Assembly: GCA_964276515.1 (NCBI GenBank)
Contig: OZ193909.1
Coordinates: forward strand, 14,756,001 to 14,820,000
DNA from: Gordius albopunctatus
Lineage: Eukaryota
DNA: 64,000 nucleotides
Reading direction: 5' to 3'
Positions within the stretch are counted from its first letter, which is position 1. Each line of letters starts with the position of its first letter. The notes beneath the pieces were generated by a model. That model was given only the letters and a program-made list of their open reading frames with translations, was not told the DNA's origin and did no database searches. Made by a program: the position numbers and the translations under genes. This document shows, piece after piece, positions 26,301-39,700 of this stretch.

Positions 26301-29300
26301 TTATACAATTTTATCTAAATTTATCGATCAATAATCTATTGTTCTTTTTGATTAATTGGTGTTTTTATAAAATAAATTTATTTGTTATTTACAATATTGA
26401 TATTTTTTATGGATTTAATAAGGATAAGCTGCTGAGGAATAACTCTTTGGAATCGGATGAGACGCATTACCTGTGGACTATAGCATTTTTTATGGAGTTT
26501 GCGAGACATTTGGATTTTGACGTGAAGTATTACAGGTTTAACTTTTAGAAAATATATTATTTTTTAAGGGGGATATTATTATTATATAGTTTATATGGTG
26601 GCTTTAAAATTTTTTTTGTTCCCTACAATGCTAAAACAGGAATTTATTATATTAAAATTTCAATAAGATTTTACTCAATGTAAACCTATTTTTTATTTCC
26701 CCTAAAAGAAGCATGTGACCGAAACCTATCTTACCCTATAAGCACTAATTTAAAAAGACACATAACTATCCTTAAGGTGCCTATAATTTCATGAATTTTT
26801 ACATTTTTGGATCGTTTTTAAATTAAAAATGTATATTGTTAAGGATTTTTATTATTGTTTAAATGTCAAATTTTATTGTTATTTATCTTATGACTTTAGC
26901 GAAACTCTAAATAATGACATGATCCATTATCTCGTTACTACGATTAACACCTACGGGGAAAATGTTTTGGACGATCGAGAAAATGCACTTCGATGGGCTA
27001 AAAGGTAAACCATTTCGCTTATTTTTGTTTTTAACCATAAATTTTTCATTAAATTTGCTTTAAACATTTGCAGTAAATCTTAAACTCTATTACCCATAGA
27101 TTATACACCTTGTTTTTATTTGTATATTTTCAAATGGTTCAAATATATTTTCGAAATGAAGTTAAAGACTTTGTTTTTTTGCAGAGCTCATTTAGCCCTA
27201 ATGGCGTACAAGCAAATATTGTTTACCCTTAACCGTTTGAGCCTTTCGGGGTGCGAGGAAGTGAAGGAGGGTGTTAAAGTTATCAAAGGTTTGAAAAATT
27301 TGCTAGACTCTAAATGTTTAAAAGTTCAGGCAATTTTATAAAGTTAACCAATAATTTATGTATTTTTATGAGAAAACTAATCTAGGAAAAGATTCCAAAA
27401 TACAATATATATTTTTTAATTTGTTAATTCTCTATTTACTAGGGGCCCTCATAAATCGCCTTTCTTGTTGAAATTGTCCTATTTGACTCGCAAAATGATG
27501 CTGAATGCTTAAAAATATTTTAAAATGATTATTAACTCATTTTGTTGTCAAGCTAAAAAATATAGTCCATACACCTTTAAACACACGGTTTCACTTTGTC
27601 ATGTTGTTACGGAAAATAACGGAATGGTGGCAGTGTTATTTGAGGGAATTAACAGACTCAAAGGTGGAATTAGCAGAGTAGGTAAAAGTGTGGATGAAAC
27701 GAATTGAAAGCAAAGGCCTTAGGGTCAACCGAGATAAAACGGAATATGTATGCTTGGAGTCGGGGAATGAATACAAAGAAATACACGTCTGCAAATCGAT
27801 GACTGGTGTCTAAGCAGCAGGAAAGAATTCAAATATCTTGGTTCTCTAGCGTACAATGTGACGGGGGTGTGGAAAACGAAATTAAGGCAAGAATAAACGC
27901 AGGCTGGTTAAAATTCAGGGAGTTGAGTGGTGTCCTATGTGACAAACACATACCACTCAAATTGAAAGGACGGTTATATAACACCTTTATTGTACCCACG
28001 GTATTGTATGGAGCGGAAACCTGGGCAATGACGGCAAAATAAGAGCAAAGCTTGGCTACAATAGAGATGCGAATGTTGAGATGGATCTTGGGAATAAGCA
28101 AAAAGGACCATATAAGGAATCAAGACATAAGGGATAAACTGAATGTAGCTCCGATTCAGAGAAAGTTGGTGGTAAGAAGATTGAGCTGGTATGGCCATTT
28201 GGAGAGACGGGAGGAATGTCACCTGGCAAAAAGTATAAAGAAAGTGCAAATCAAAGGTGAGCGAATGAAAGGGAAGCCTAAACTGACATAAAAATATAAA
28301 GAGCTAAGGCGAATCTGGTGTAAGTGCAGGAATACGTGGAGAATCTACTTGAAGTAGCAGACCACTAAATGTGACAAACAGCTATAGGAAAAAAATAAAA
28401 TCTCTATTATATATTTACTATATTAATCTTTATATGGTCATTTCACGTTTTATATTAATCATTAAAATGATATTTTTATATCCTCAATCGTTTTATAAAT
28501 TGTCTAACAATTTAGCCAATCTCTTTTACATGCCGGAATATAGAGACGTTCTGATGCACGCCTTCAGGACATACAACCCCGTTTATTATTCCATGTAAAA
28601 TATAAAGAAATTTTGGATTTTAAAAATAGCTTAACTTCAATTTTACTGCATCTTTATTTAACTCATCATTTTTTCCTTAAAATTACGAATAAAAATAATT
28701 TATAGATTTAGATTGTGAAGTAATTTTACTCATAGGAATCGCAAAAAATTTCAGTCTTAATTTAACTAAGAAATAAGTTTGAACGTATCGGAATCTTAGG
28801 GATTATATTATAGTTTTAAAATTGTTAATCTTTAATACATGTATTAGGACCTTATCAAATTGCTTAGATAATTTTTGAAATTGTAACACATTTTTTCCAT
28901 ACAATCATAGACAGGAGGGTTGATTTTAATTTTATGCTTCGATTTGTTGCACCTCTTTATAGAGACTACTTGAAAGATCTGATCGAATTGACCCACGTCT
29001 TTATCAAGATGCTGAAGTGCTATTGCCAAGAATACAAGCATTTACCCGTGATGAAACGCAAGAAAAAGAGAAAAGTCAGGCGAAAACACAAGAAACGGGA
29101 AGAAAATAGTGCTGAACAACAAGGTTTCTTTAGCCCTTTCGTTGACTTTTTACTTTCAAAATTTAATTATTTCACTAAAATTCAACTTGAACTTCGGTTT
29201 TTTAAGTGTTTTTTTTAACATTTCTGTAAGTTATACCTTTTTAAGAAAATCCATTAGAAGAAAACACCGTCAAACCGTGGCAAGATAGTTATGAGAAAGA

Positions 29301-32300
29301 TTTAGAGGAGGTGCTCGTTAATAGTACCTTTGATTTGGACAATAGCGAAATAAAGGTTTTCGATTGCACTCTGGACTATGATATGGAAGAGCAAAAGTAA
29401 TCCCTTAAGATTAAATTTATTATAGAGGAATTGCCTATTTTTATTTGATGGCTTTTAAGTTGAACTTTAGCAGAGCTTATATATAACTGAATTGAATCAT
29501 TAGTATTTTTATAGGAAAAAATCAAACCTCGATGTATTATTTTTAAACAACTATAACTTGAAGTTATTATATCAATTAAGTATAAATCAAAATAATGTAT
29601 ATTAAAGATTTCTTTTAAACTATATAATCCCATAATTGTCTTTTATAATTTTAATTTTTAATAATAATATACGAATCAAATGATGTTGAGTGTTATTTTT
29701 TGAATTTCGACAAAAGAAATTGGTGCAATTTGTTTTAAACTTTTTACATTTATATAATAGGCTCCACGCACTGTACAAAGTTCAGCTTGAGTTGAGGCGG
29801 AATGCCTGGGACAAGGCCGTAGAAACATTGAAATTATGTCGGTAAGTGTGCAAAATTTTCATCTAAAATATTTTATCTAAAATATGGAGGAGATATTTGC
29901 AAGGTTTTTGTTTGAAAATTGGTTTGAGGTTACAACACAGAGTTTTAAAAATTCAGGGAAGAACATAGGTTTATAAGATGGTCTGGCTTATGTATAAATA
30001 TAGCATAGATTCTTAACTATTCGGTTCAGATGAAGTAATTTGTTTAAGGAAAACAAGTGTTTTTTGTAACAAAAATTGTGTATCACCTCAGCTGTCATAT
30101 CTGGTTCAATGTTAATTATATGACAAAATATCTGAAATGCACATACAAACTGAAATGTTTTTTTGAAAGCGTATATTGTAAAATTTTTAATTTCTAGTCA
30201 GTGGTGGGTATGGCCCAGTACCCGACATTTAATATAATCATAATTTTTTGGACACTGGGGAGTATTAAATGTCATTAGATCCTCTAAGTTTGGATACATA
30301 TATTTTTAATATTTCTAATTAGCAACGATCAAACTAAAAAAATTTGATTTTTCTGTGTTAAAAATATAAAATGCCAAACTCATCGTATCCATTTTTAAAG
30401 GCTGTTGATCACTGGTGTGTAGCGCTCCCTTTTTTAGTTATAATCCCTAGTTAATATTAGAAATTAATTTTTTTCAAATTTTCTTATTGCCTTGAGTGTA
30501 TTTAAATTATTTCCATTAGTAACATGTGGCCAGAAGACGCACTTTTTGGGAATCCTAACATGAGCACAGGCGAAGATATTGCAGCTCTGAAAGAAATTTA
30601 TGAAGCCGATATTCCCAGTATATCTCCCATCATTAGTCTGCTCTTTACAAAATTGTTAATTTTTTAACGTGTTTTCGTTAATTTTTTTAATTTAATTTCT
30701 TCGATTTTTATTTTATCGAATTTAAGGTTTTTTTTAATTTTTAGAATCCGACTTTATAATGAATGGTAAAGGTGAGAATTCAGCTAAGGAGGCGTCGGAA
30801 ACGATTGAGGACGAAGATATTTCGGGTATTATTGTGAACATCTAGAAAGTTTTCAAATTATAAAAACGATTTTAAATTATATAAATATAACCAAAATTGG
30901 TGTAGCATATCGTGTTATTACTACGCACATAAACTTATAAATTTTTTTATTAATTAGTGTTTTCAAAATAATTTATAAATGCTATTAATACTTTAATGGC
31001 CACATATAAAAATTTGATCACTCGCTAGTTATATATTATTTTATTAAAAGGCGCATGTATTTCGGTGGCCATAACTAAACTTAAAATACCAAATTTTTTA
31101 TTTTTCCCTTCAATAATTTTACACAAAAATTTAACGTTTTTGATTTAATTTTGCAAATATTTAGAAGAATATGAGGATAGCGAGGATGAAGATAAATTTG
31201 TGGAGGCTGAAGATCAATTCGATTTAAACCGCTTTCTACATTCGTAAGTTTATATGGCTGCTGCGATTTAGATAAAGTTTTTATAATTTTAAACTCTGTG
31301 CTTGGCAGTTGGCGTTGTATTTTGAACTACATGCGCATAGCTACGTACGATTTAAATTAGAGGGACGTATCTTGTGTTGCTTTTGTACAAATATAAAAAA
31401 AAATTGCCGATCTAGGGGGGAAAGAGCCGCGTTCTGCCACTCCCTTGCTACAAAATCTGGTTACTTTTTTAAATCAAGAAGCGTTTAGCTTGTAAATCTT
31501 AATTTAACTTCTAATGAAAAGAATCGAAGTATGGTAAAAAATTATTTATCTTTAACTGCCCAGTTTGTATTTATTACCTCGAATGGCTAAACCGGCATTC
31601 TTTAGTGTGCTCGTAATTACCAAAAAATGTGTTATAACAAATTTGGTCACTTTGCCATCAATTTAAAGACATTTTTAAAATATAAGACCCAAAATTTTTG
31701 GAGAAAATTTAAAAACGTTTAATTGCCATTTAAAGTAATATCGGTCATTAGCGCCATAAAGCCTAATTTATATGAGCCGTATTTTATCTTTAAACGAAAC
31801 CAGTTAGATTTCGTGGATTGTAATATAAATTAATCTTAGAACTTTCTCCCTAACTTTTAGTACAGTCAAATACTTTAAAAATTATCATCCTTCCACTCCG
31901 AAAATCATTAACAAACCTTTGGACGATTTAATTGTTGAAATCCTGACTAGAAAGGCTGTATAAGATAGCGTCAAAACTAAATAAATATTCTCCGACCGAT
32001 ATTAATTTTGCACCCATCTTAGATTTGCTAATCCCACTGTCGTGAAATGTTATTCGCTGGTTATGAAAGAATTCAACACAAATACCACCTTTACAAATCA
32101 CTGCGTCGCCAAGATGTGTTATCGAATAGCCGTGGAATTGCAATTGCCTGCCATGTTTTTCCAACTTTCCTACTTTAAAATTTTTCAAGATATCCTCCAA
32201 GCCTGCACCCTTAATAAGGAAAACGAACTCAAGGTGAGAATTTGACATTTCAATATTGTTTGCACAACTGGATTTAGCCAACTCAAATATAATTTATTTT

Positions 32301-35300
32301 TACAAACCTTGAGAAAACATTTTGAAATAATATAAATAAAAAACTCTTCTTCATATTCGTCAAAAGTTAAGGGACTGTGTCAGTTAAGGATTTATAATCA
32401 CTCCAAAGTGACTTATTTTTTTCAAAATTTAATAATACTTGGCTAATTATGAAAATTTAAGTTTACTCTGAACAATTTGGATAAAAAAATGGCAAATATT
32501 ATATTTCTTTGTATAAAAGGTCCCACTTGCATTATAGTATATCTAACCCTCCTCATTCAGTGTGTCCAAATTTTTAAAATGATTTTTTTTTTACCAATTA
32601 TGCTACAAGGATATCCAAAATTTTGCCCTCTACATTACGCGCAAATTCATAAAAACCGTTAAAACGAATAAATTAGCCTACGTGGACGCTTTGTTTTGGA
32701 AAACGGCTAAAGAATCTCGCGAGGTTATAACTGGTTACGACAAGGAAGATAGGTATAATAAACCCACATAAATATTTCGCTAGGCACTTTTAAAATAATA
32801 GGAAATAAATTGGCGATTCTGGAAAAAGTGCGTTAGGCTAGAAGGGAAATTAAAGCTTTTGGTCATGCAACATTGAATGTGTCAACAATTTTGCAAAAAT
32901 TTGATCCAACGTGTATTTCTAAGTTGTGGGTGACTGTCCCCTTTGTTTCGTTGTTTAGTTTCGTTGCCCCCTTGCTTTAATTTATGGCTTTTCATTGTGT
33001 GCCACGTCCTATAATAATTTTGGAAAAGGAGTGTAAGTTTATAAATTCGATAGTGTATAATTCAAATATTTATAATTATTGTGGAGAAAAGTATGGAATA
33101 TTTTATTTATAACATCCAGGGTTGTAAACAAGAATAATGATGACCTTGTCGGCTGTGTTTCGACTAAGCATAAAGAGACCAAAAATTGACCAAAAAATCT
33201 TTGGTGTTTTTTGCGACTAAGAAAAACAGATGAAAAAATCTTTGTGTCGTTTTAACAACACTAGTTGAAAGAGCGTGAATAAGTTTACATAATATAAAAT
33301 CTTTCTTTAGCTTTTCTTTACAATCTTTCAAAATATTAAACTATCAATGAAACTTAAAAAGTGGGAAATAGAGAGTTAACATGGAGTAATCTCGATCGGA
33401 CTAGTAGTCAGAAAGGAACTTTATTTATAATATAATCATAGACTTGATAGACTCACTCAACCAACGGCATATTTAAGAAGTAAAAATAGCTTTGAGACTT
33501 TAATCAAATAATTTTGGAGTGTTTAATGTTAAAAGCGTTTATATGATTATTTTTTGATTTTGTGCCACATAGCAGCAATAGCCATGCCAAATATGGATGG
33601 TCAGAAGAGCAGGAGTTCGAACTGGAAACTCTCTACGAACGGTTTGTACAGGAGCACGGAGGATCTGCCGACAATTTTGGAAAAGTTGAAGTCGATGAAC
33701 TAATGGAATATTTGGAAAGGCATTTGACGGGAGCTAGTAGGTAAAAAGAGGGTGGTGAACCCTTTTTTTTACTTTTTAGGACTGTTTTTATACGTTTTGT
33801 AGACTAGGTGAAATAAAGACTCTTAGTGGAATGGCTGCTTTCTTCAATATTTTGAATGTCATGGCCTATAAAGGACTACATTTTTGACGCAATTCAGTTG
33901 TGTAAATGCCTCAATGATAACTAATTGTACTTGAAGCTCTCAATTTCCGTATAGAGTCGATAATACCCTGTTAGGTTACAAATTTTTGGTCTTTAGTTCT
34001 CCCACAATAGCTTTAGCTCTTAATGAAAGCTTAAAGGCTAATAAGAGCTTGTACACCAATACAAAGTTTTGATTACGGATGAACTATCTTGATTTTTAAC
34101 GGGTAAATTCCAACCCTAACGGTAAAATCACATCCCAGACAATAGACATACATTATAAAATTGTGCATGGGGTTGTTGATGCTTTATTCAAACCAGCTGT
34201 AGCCTCTATGTTATCCCTCAAATAACAGGACTCGAAGGCAAATAGTATTGCAATGCGGGCGACAGGGTCTACACATATCCAAAAGAGCCTCGAAAAAAAG
34301 TCGAAAGATCGGAGAGAACCGAAATGTCGCGGTTGATAGTGGAGATTCCGACACGAATTTGGGACGTGGAGCGAATTTTAGTAGGGTTTGGAAGGAAGAA
34401 GACGAAGCCAAAATTATAGCTTTGCACGTAATGCATCACCGAGACATGGGATCCCAAGGTTAGATTTTGCCTTTAATTTATGAAAGAGCTAATTTTGGTT
34501 TGTCGCGATTTCGATGTGTAGCCCATTGGCTTAAATACGTATGGATCTTTCTGCAATTTGATTAACGCTAATTATTTATTGCTATTATTAAGCGGACTCG
34601 ATTGAAGGCTCTTAGCACCCTTGATTGGACTCGAGGTTAAGTGTTTATATTTTGGATTGCTGTTTATAACGTTTGTAGTGATGTTTTTAGCTATGTTTAA
34701 ATCATGTTTGTTAAACTCCCGATATTAATGATTTAAAATTTGAGGCAACTCTTCTATACAAGAGGAAATAATTTATAAGAAAACGAAATTGTAACTTAGC
34801 CTTTTTATAATTTAACTATGAGGCATGCATGATGTGGTATGATTTCAGTTTTACCTTTTTTAGTTGAGGCCAAATCCAGGTTTTAAAAAATGAGCTTTAA
34901 AAATTTTCAAAGTGACTTTTAAAGGACTGTTGTTATTTTAGAGATGATTCGTTTGATGGAAGAGGAGCTGGACTTTGATTACACCCAAGATGAGATCAAA
35001 AACAAACTTGTGTCCTTGAATCTGAATACCAGCCAAGAATTAAACCACATATCTTCCAAGTAAATATTATACTACTCGCTTTTTAGTTTTTCCTAGGCCA
35101 AAAAAATTAATTTCGAAAAGCAAAAGCGATGACTACGATTTGCTCCCCAAAAAAGATCCATTCGATGAAATTCTGGAGCTGAGTGACCATGATAGCGATA
35201 CCAGCTTACATATAGGTTATATCTCCTGTTATTTTATAATATTAATTTAACTAAATCTATTTTAATGAACTCCCTAATTTTTGCAGCTTTTTGTAAATAC

Positions 35301-35827
35301 CGAAGGTTTTCAATGTGTTTGCAGATATTTTTGAACTTTTACTAAGCATAATTGTCCCCAAGAATGGATTAAATGCCAAATATATATTTTTGTTTACATG
35401 AGACCCTCAAGTTTAGATTTTTCTAAATAGAGAATTAAAATATTAAGAAATACTCATTAACATTTATTTTTTATAGTTTAGAGGAGATGGCATTAAACTC
35501 TTATGCCAAACATTTCGCGTTACTTAATGAATAGTTGTTTTTAAAAATTTGCAAGAATTCATACCTCAATAAGATATTTTTTGATTGTATTTATTATTTC
35601 TGAAGTATATAACTATTTTGATTTATGAAACAGATTTATCGGTGCTCAATGGGAGTCAGCAGTCTGATAAAGAGAGCTTCGATCACAAGATTGCTTCCAG
35701 TGGAGAAATGTCACCTCAGCCTTCGGTTGATAATTCTTACAAAAATTTAAACGATTCACCACCCTCATTTTCTACTAAGAAATCGAAAACGTCCCATCAA
35801 ATTATTTCCTCCGATGACGAAGATTAA
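23340..35827 (+). CDS. TIMELESS: TIMELESS/timeout (TIM2-type replication fork protection subunit), about 27 exons
   Basis: MAMIQLKDEILASCNALGFMEGEKYMKEPDCLETLKEILKYL...DLIPLI; RFKGTY; CYNSFM; DETHYLWTIAFFMEF; RAHLALMAYKQ; NLFYMPEYRD; YLKDLIELTHVFIKML; FANPTVV...NHCVAKMCYRIA...FFQLS; YVDALFWK; WSEEQEFEL; ends SSDDED*. Confidence 0.95.
27665..28395 (+). mobile_element. RTE LINE 3' fragment in a TIMELESS intron
   Basis: Near-identical inverted copy of 8285-9585 without the MITE; in-frame stop near 28040. Confidence 0.9.
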
Positions 35828-36733
35828 ATCTATTATGGTTTTTTATAATCTGGTTTATTTATTTTGGATAAATTTGTATGTCAAATAGTGCAAATAAAAA
35901 TTTGTGTGTAACGGTTACTTGCGAATTTATTTATTTTTTAATCTGCTTAGGCTATAACGCAGCTTAACTATTTAACATAGAATAAAAAACGTTTTAATCC
36001 ATAATTTTTCAATAATAATTTTTATGAGGTGTTATCCATTGGTCCTTTTCATTGTTTTATGCATGTCTGAAAAAGTAACTCGAATTTGACAGAAGGTTTA
36101 AGGAACAGTTTTCCAAATAATAAAGTACATAGACTGCTCATGTCATGCTTCATTTGATAAAATGCGTACGATTTAATCAACCATTTTGAATTTGACTATC
36201 TGCCATGTCTGTCTGCAGTGTACCTCATAGCTTAAAGAGAAAAAGTGAATGTTAATAAATGATAATTAAAAAAAACCCAGATGGAATAAATAATTTTATT
36301 ATCACATCATCATAGTATTTTTAAAGCAGTCTAGATGGTCTGAGAATAAGCGAAACTATTAATATAATTAAAAAACAATTTCATATTTTCAACCTATTAC
36401 CATAATAAAAAAACGATAGACAATTATGGCTCAATTTATTATTAAATAGTTTTTAATATTTTTTAGGTTAATAATAAAATTTTAACTTACACCCTACACC
36501 TAATATTAATTGATCAAAAAGATCCTATTATTATGTATACTTGTGTCATCGCATCGACTATATTAAGATTTTTCAATTATTAGATCAAAGTTTAAGACAA
36601 AAAAAGACGAGTAGCAAATTTTTAAGTGAAGCATGTCTAAAAATATAAAACTATTTAACATGGATACAATGAGCGTAATCGAAACTTTAAAAAAACTATA
36701 TAAATAAAATCGTTTTAAAAGGGAGTCATAAAT

Positions 36734-39700
36734 TTAAGGATCAATTAAAAGGCGATCCCAGTCGATAGGAGTACTAAAAACTTCCTTTTCCAACCATTTT
36801 TCGTAATTTCGCTTAAAATAGGAACTCAATTGAACGGGCTGGGCCAAGAGTTCGTGCATGGATAAACATGAATCGCTCTCTACATTTTCTTTATCTTCCT
36901 CCGGTCCCTGATTGCCTGATTCTTCCACATTGTTATCGAAATCTTAGCCAGAGTTTAAAAAAATAGGAATTACTTTATAATTTTAGATTAGGCTGTTTAC
37001 AAAATTATGATGTTATTTTAATTATACTAAAAGGTGTATAAATGCAATTTTTATAATAAGCGAGTTGGTTCAGCCAAGTTCTAAGAATGAAATAAAACTT
37101 CTTGTCTGATTATAAAGCACATGCAATTGCAGGTCTATGCTCGATCTATAATGACTAGATATTCTAACAAATATGAGGGTTTAAAATCAAAAAATTTAAT
37201 GTTTTCCTAAAAGAAATTTTTATTGTTAAGCCATATTCTCCTTAAAAATTACATGCTAGAGGTAGTTAATAAGGTTTTAATGAGTGAAAAAAAATCAGGC
37301 CTGATTCTAAAACACTTTTAAATGGTAAAATTTTATTGCTCGATACACGTTGTTTATATCTTATGGTCAAATATAATTTGATGTGACAAAAGGAGACAAA
37401 CACATCTATGGCACCGTTAAAAGGAAATTATTGCGCGCACCATTGTTCATAACTTAGTTAGATAATTTGAATACAAAATTAACTATTAGGCGCGGTTTAA
37501 TTCACACCCCTTATCATACAATTTGAACGCAAAATATACATTGTAATATAGAACTTTGAATACTTTAAATTCTGTAGACATTAATCATCTCTGTTTATTT
37601 TTTCTTTACTAAAAGATATATAAAGCTGTATCTTCCAATACTTTTTCACGTTCCATTTTTTGGTTTTAACATAACAAGATTGTTAGCCTTTGCTTATTCC
37701 CTTGTTTATTGATTCGTCTTTCATTATTAATTGATTTTACTATGTTTATTTGTTTTTACAGTGGGCACTGCTGCAACACATCTTTAAAACATAATAAATA
37801 ACCTAGCTAGGTAATAAAAGGTAGTAGTAAGTAATTGGCAAAAAATCGAGAGCATGCTAATTTTTATAATTTTATTTAAGCTTATTATCGAGATCAAAAG
37901 CATAAGGGACAATTCTTAAACAGCGCTACGCATTTGTATCCAGTTTCCAGCCCACAAATAAAAATCCCAAAAGCTCAACAAATTTTAAGGCTAAACAATA
38001 AATAATAAAGAGCATATCACAATAATGATCATCATTTAGAGTAACTTAATAACATAAAGTCCATAATAAAAGTCTACCCTAAAGGTGCGCAAGGTACGAT
38101 TTAAGACTATCAAAAAAACTGGTAATTTTTTGTTGATAAGCCGTAAGCTCAGGCTAATACCCTACCTCCTATTCTCTTATTCGCCACGTTGCTACTTTGG
38201 TAACTAGATTCGTTCGATCCGTTCAATAAAGCACCCAAAAAATCTTTAGAGATTTCGGGCGGCTTGGCCATTTGCTGATCATTACAAATATTATTAGTGT
38301 TCATATCGTTGGACAGATCATGTTTGTTGGGCTGATTAGGTGTAGTTTGGCCCGGCCGTATACCGTACCTTCGTTTATTGAATCCTTCTATCGCTTCTTT
38401 CAGCGGATTTTCATCCGCCTGAAAATCCAACGGTTGAGAATCCGTATCTAAACATGAGGGATTTGCAATAAAGCTAAAACTAAACGATATTTTATTTTTA
38501 AAACGTATAATTTCACAATTTTTTATACGACATAAACTAGTCATTACGCATAAATATAGTAAATTTTCAACTCTAACCATTTAAAATAGATGGTTTATCA
38601 AAAAATCAGAAATTATTACATACTAAAACATCCTTACACTTTCAAAATCTATTCTACGAAACTACACTTTCTTTCAAAATGTGCATATCACACAGCATAA
38701 CACAGCTTTAAGGCATGCATAGCTGAGCGTTACTCCTTATTCAATCACTAGAGAAGCTGACTACCACCAAGTGTGACAAATAGCTATTTGGAAAAACTAA
38801 ATTTTTCCACTATGAAGCTTGGAAACTTATTGATATTCCTCGGCAAATATAAATTACAATTTCCGTAAGCCCAATCATCGTTGAGGTGGTGTCGCACTTT
38901 TTGATATACGGCCCCGAGGATTTTCATGTTGCTCTTCCTCCATTGCCGACCCAGGTAACGCATTTGCAATTTAAGTAATTTGAGGACGTACACTTGAAAC
39001 GTGATTTCTCGGATTTTCAGTGTTTTCTTAAGGATCGGTGAGGAACCAAATATGAGAAGCATCTAATAAATAATAATTAAATTAGCTGGGGAATAATATC
39101 ATTGATATAAAATTTGCCATACTCACTCAGGTGCCGCTTGTCCAATATGAAAATTTATTAAGAACTAATCTCAGAGAGAACAAAAGTTACTCAAGGTTGT
39201 AATAACCTCTTTAAATAATTAAAACCATTTGAGGAAATATTTATCAAGTCTAATGAAAACTGTACCATAATCCTGGATTGTTTCCCCTTGACCAGCATAT
39301 TAAGTACGCGTAGCAAATTTATGCTGGTGAACAGGTTTCGCCAGCTATAATCACCGTGTGATATGGAATAACAATTCAATTCCCCATTGTGTTTTTCATC
39401 GGATTTATGCAACGATAAAAAATTGTTTGGAAATATATAGGGGGCGCATCTAAAATAAAATTTGCGATTCATGGGTATTTGTACAGGCTAAAAATTTACT
39501 CGGAGGAAGTGGAAAGGTGCATCTTGACTTCCTGATTGAAGTACTTAAGAATTAGTGGAACACAATTGGCAAATACCAATTGCTGGCAACAATATTCGTA
39601 CTAGATTGGTAACAATTGAATATAAACCGTATAAAAGCATTCATATCCCAAATAAAAGTTCTAATTATTGCTTTTCGAAATTTAGAAGTTGAGTATATTT

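Noticed and set aside
31928..32281. Short ORFs antisense to exons (also 28844-29041, 41894-42226, 49424-49627, 52578-52958)
   Set aside because: Shadow frames of real exons or LINE ORFs, with no independent motifs
23340..35827. Circadian insect tim1
   Set aside because: The N-terminus (ASCNALG...KEPDCLE) and Myb-like repeats fit the TIM2/timeout/mammalian type
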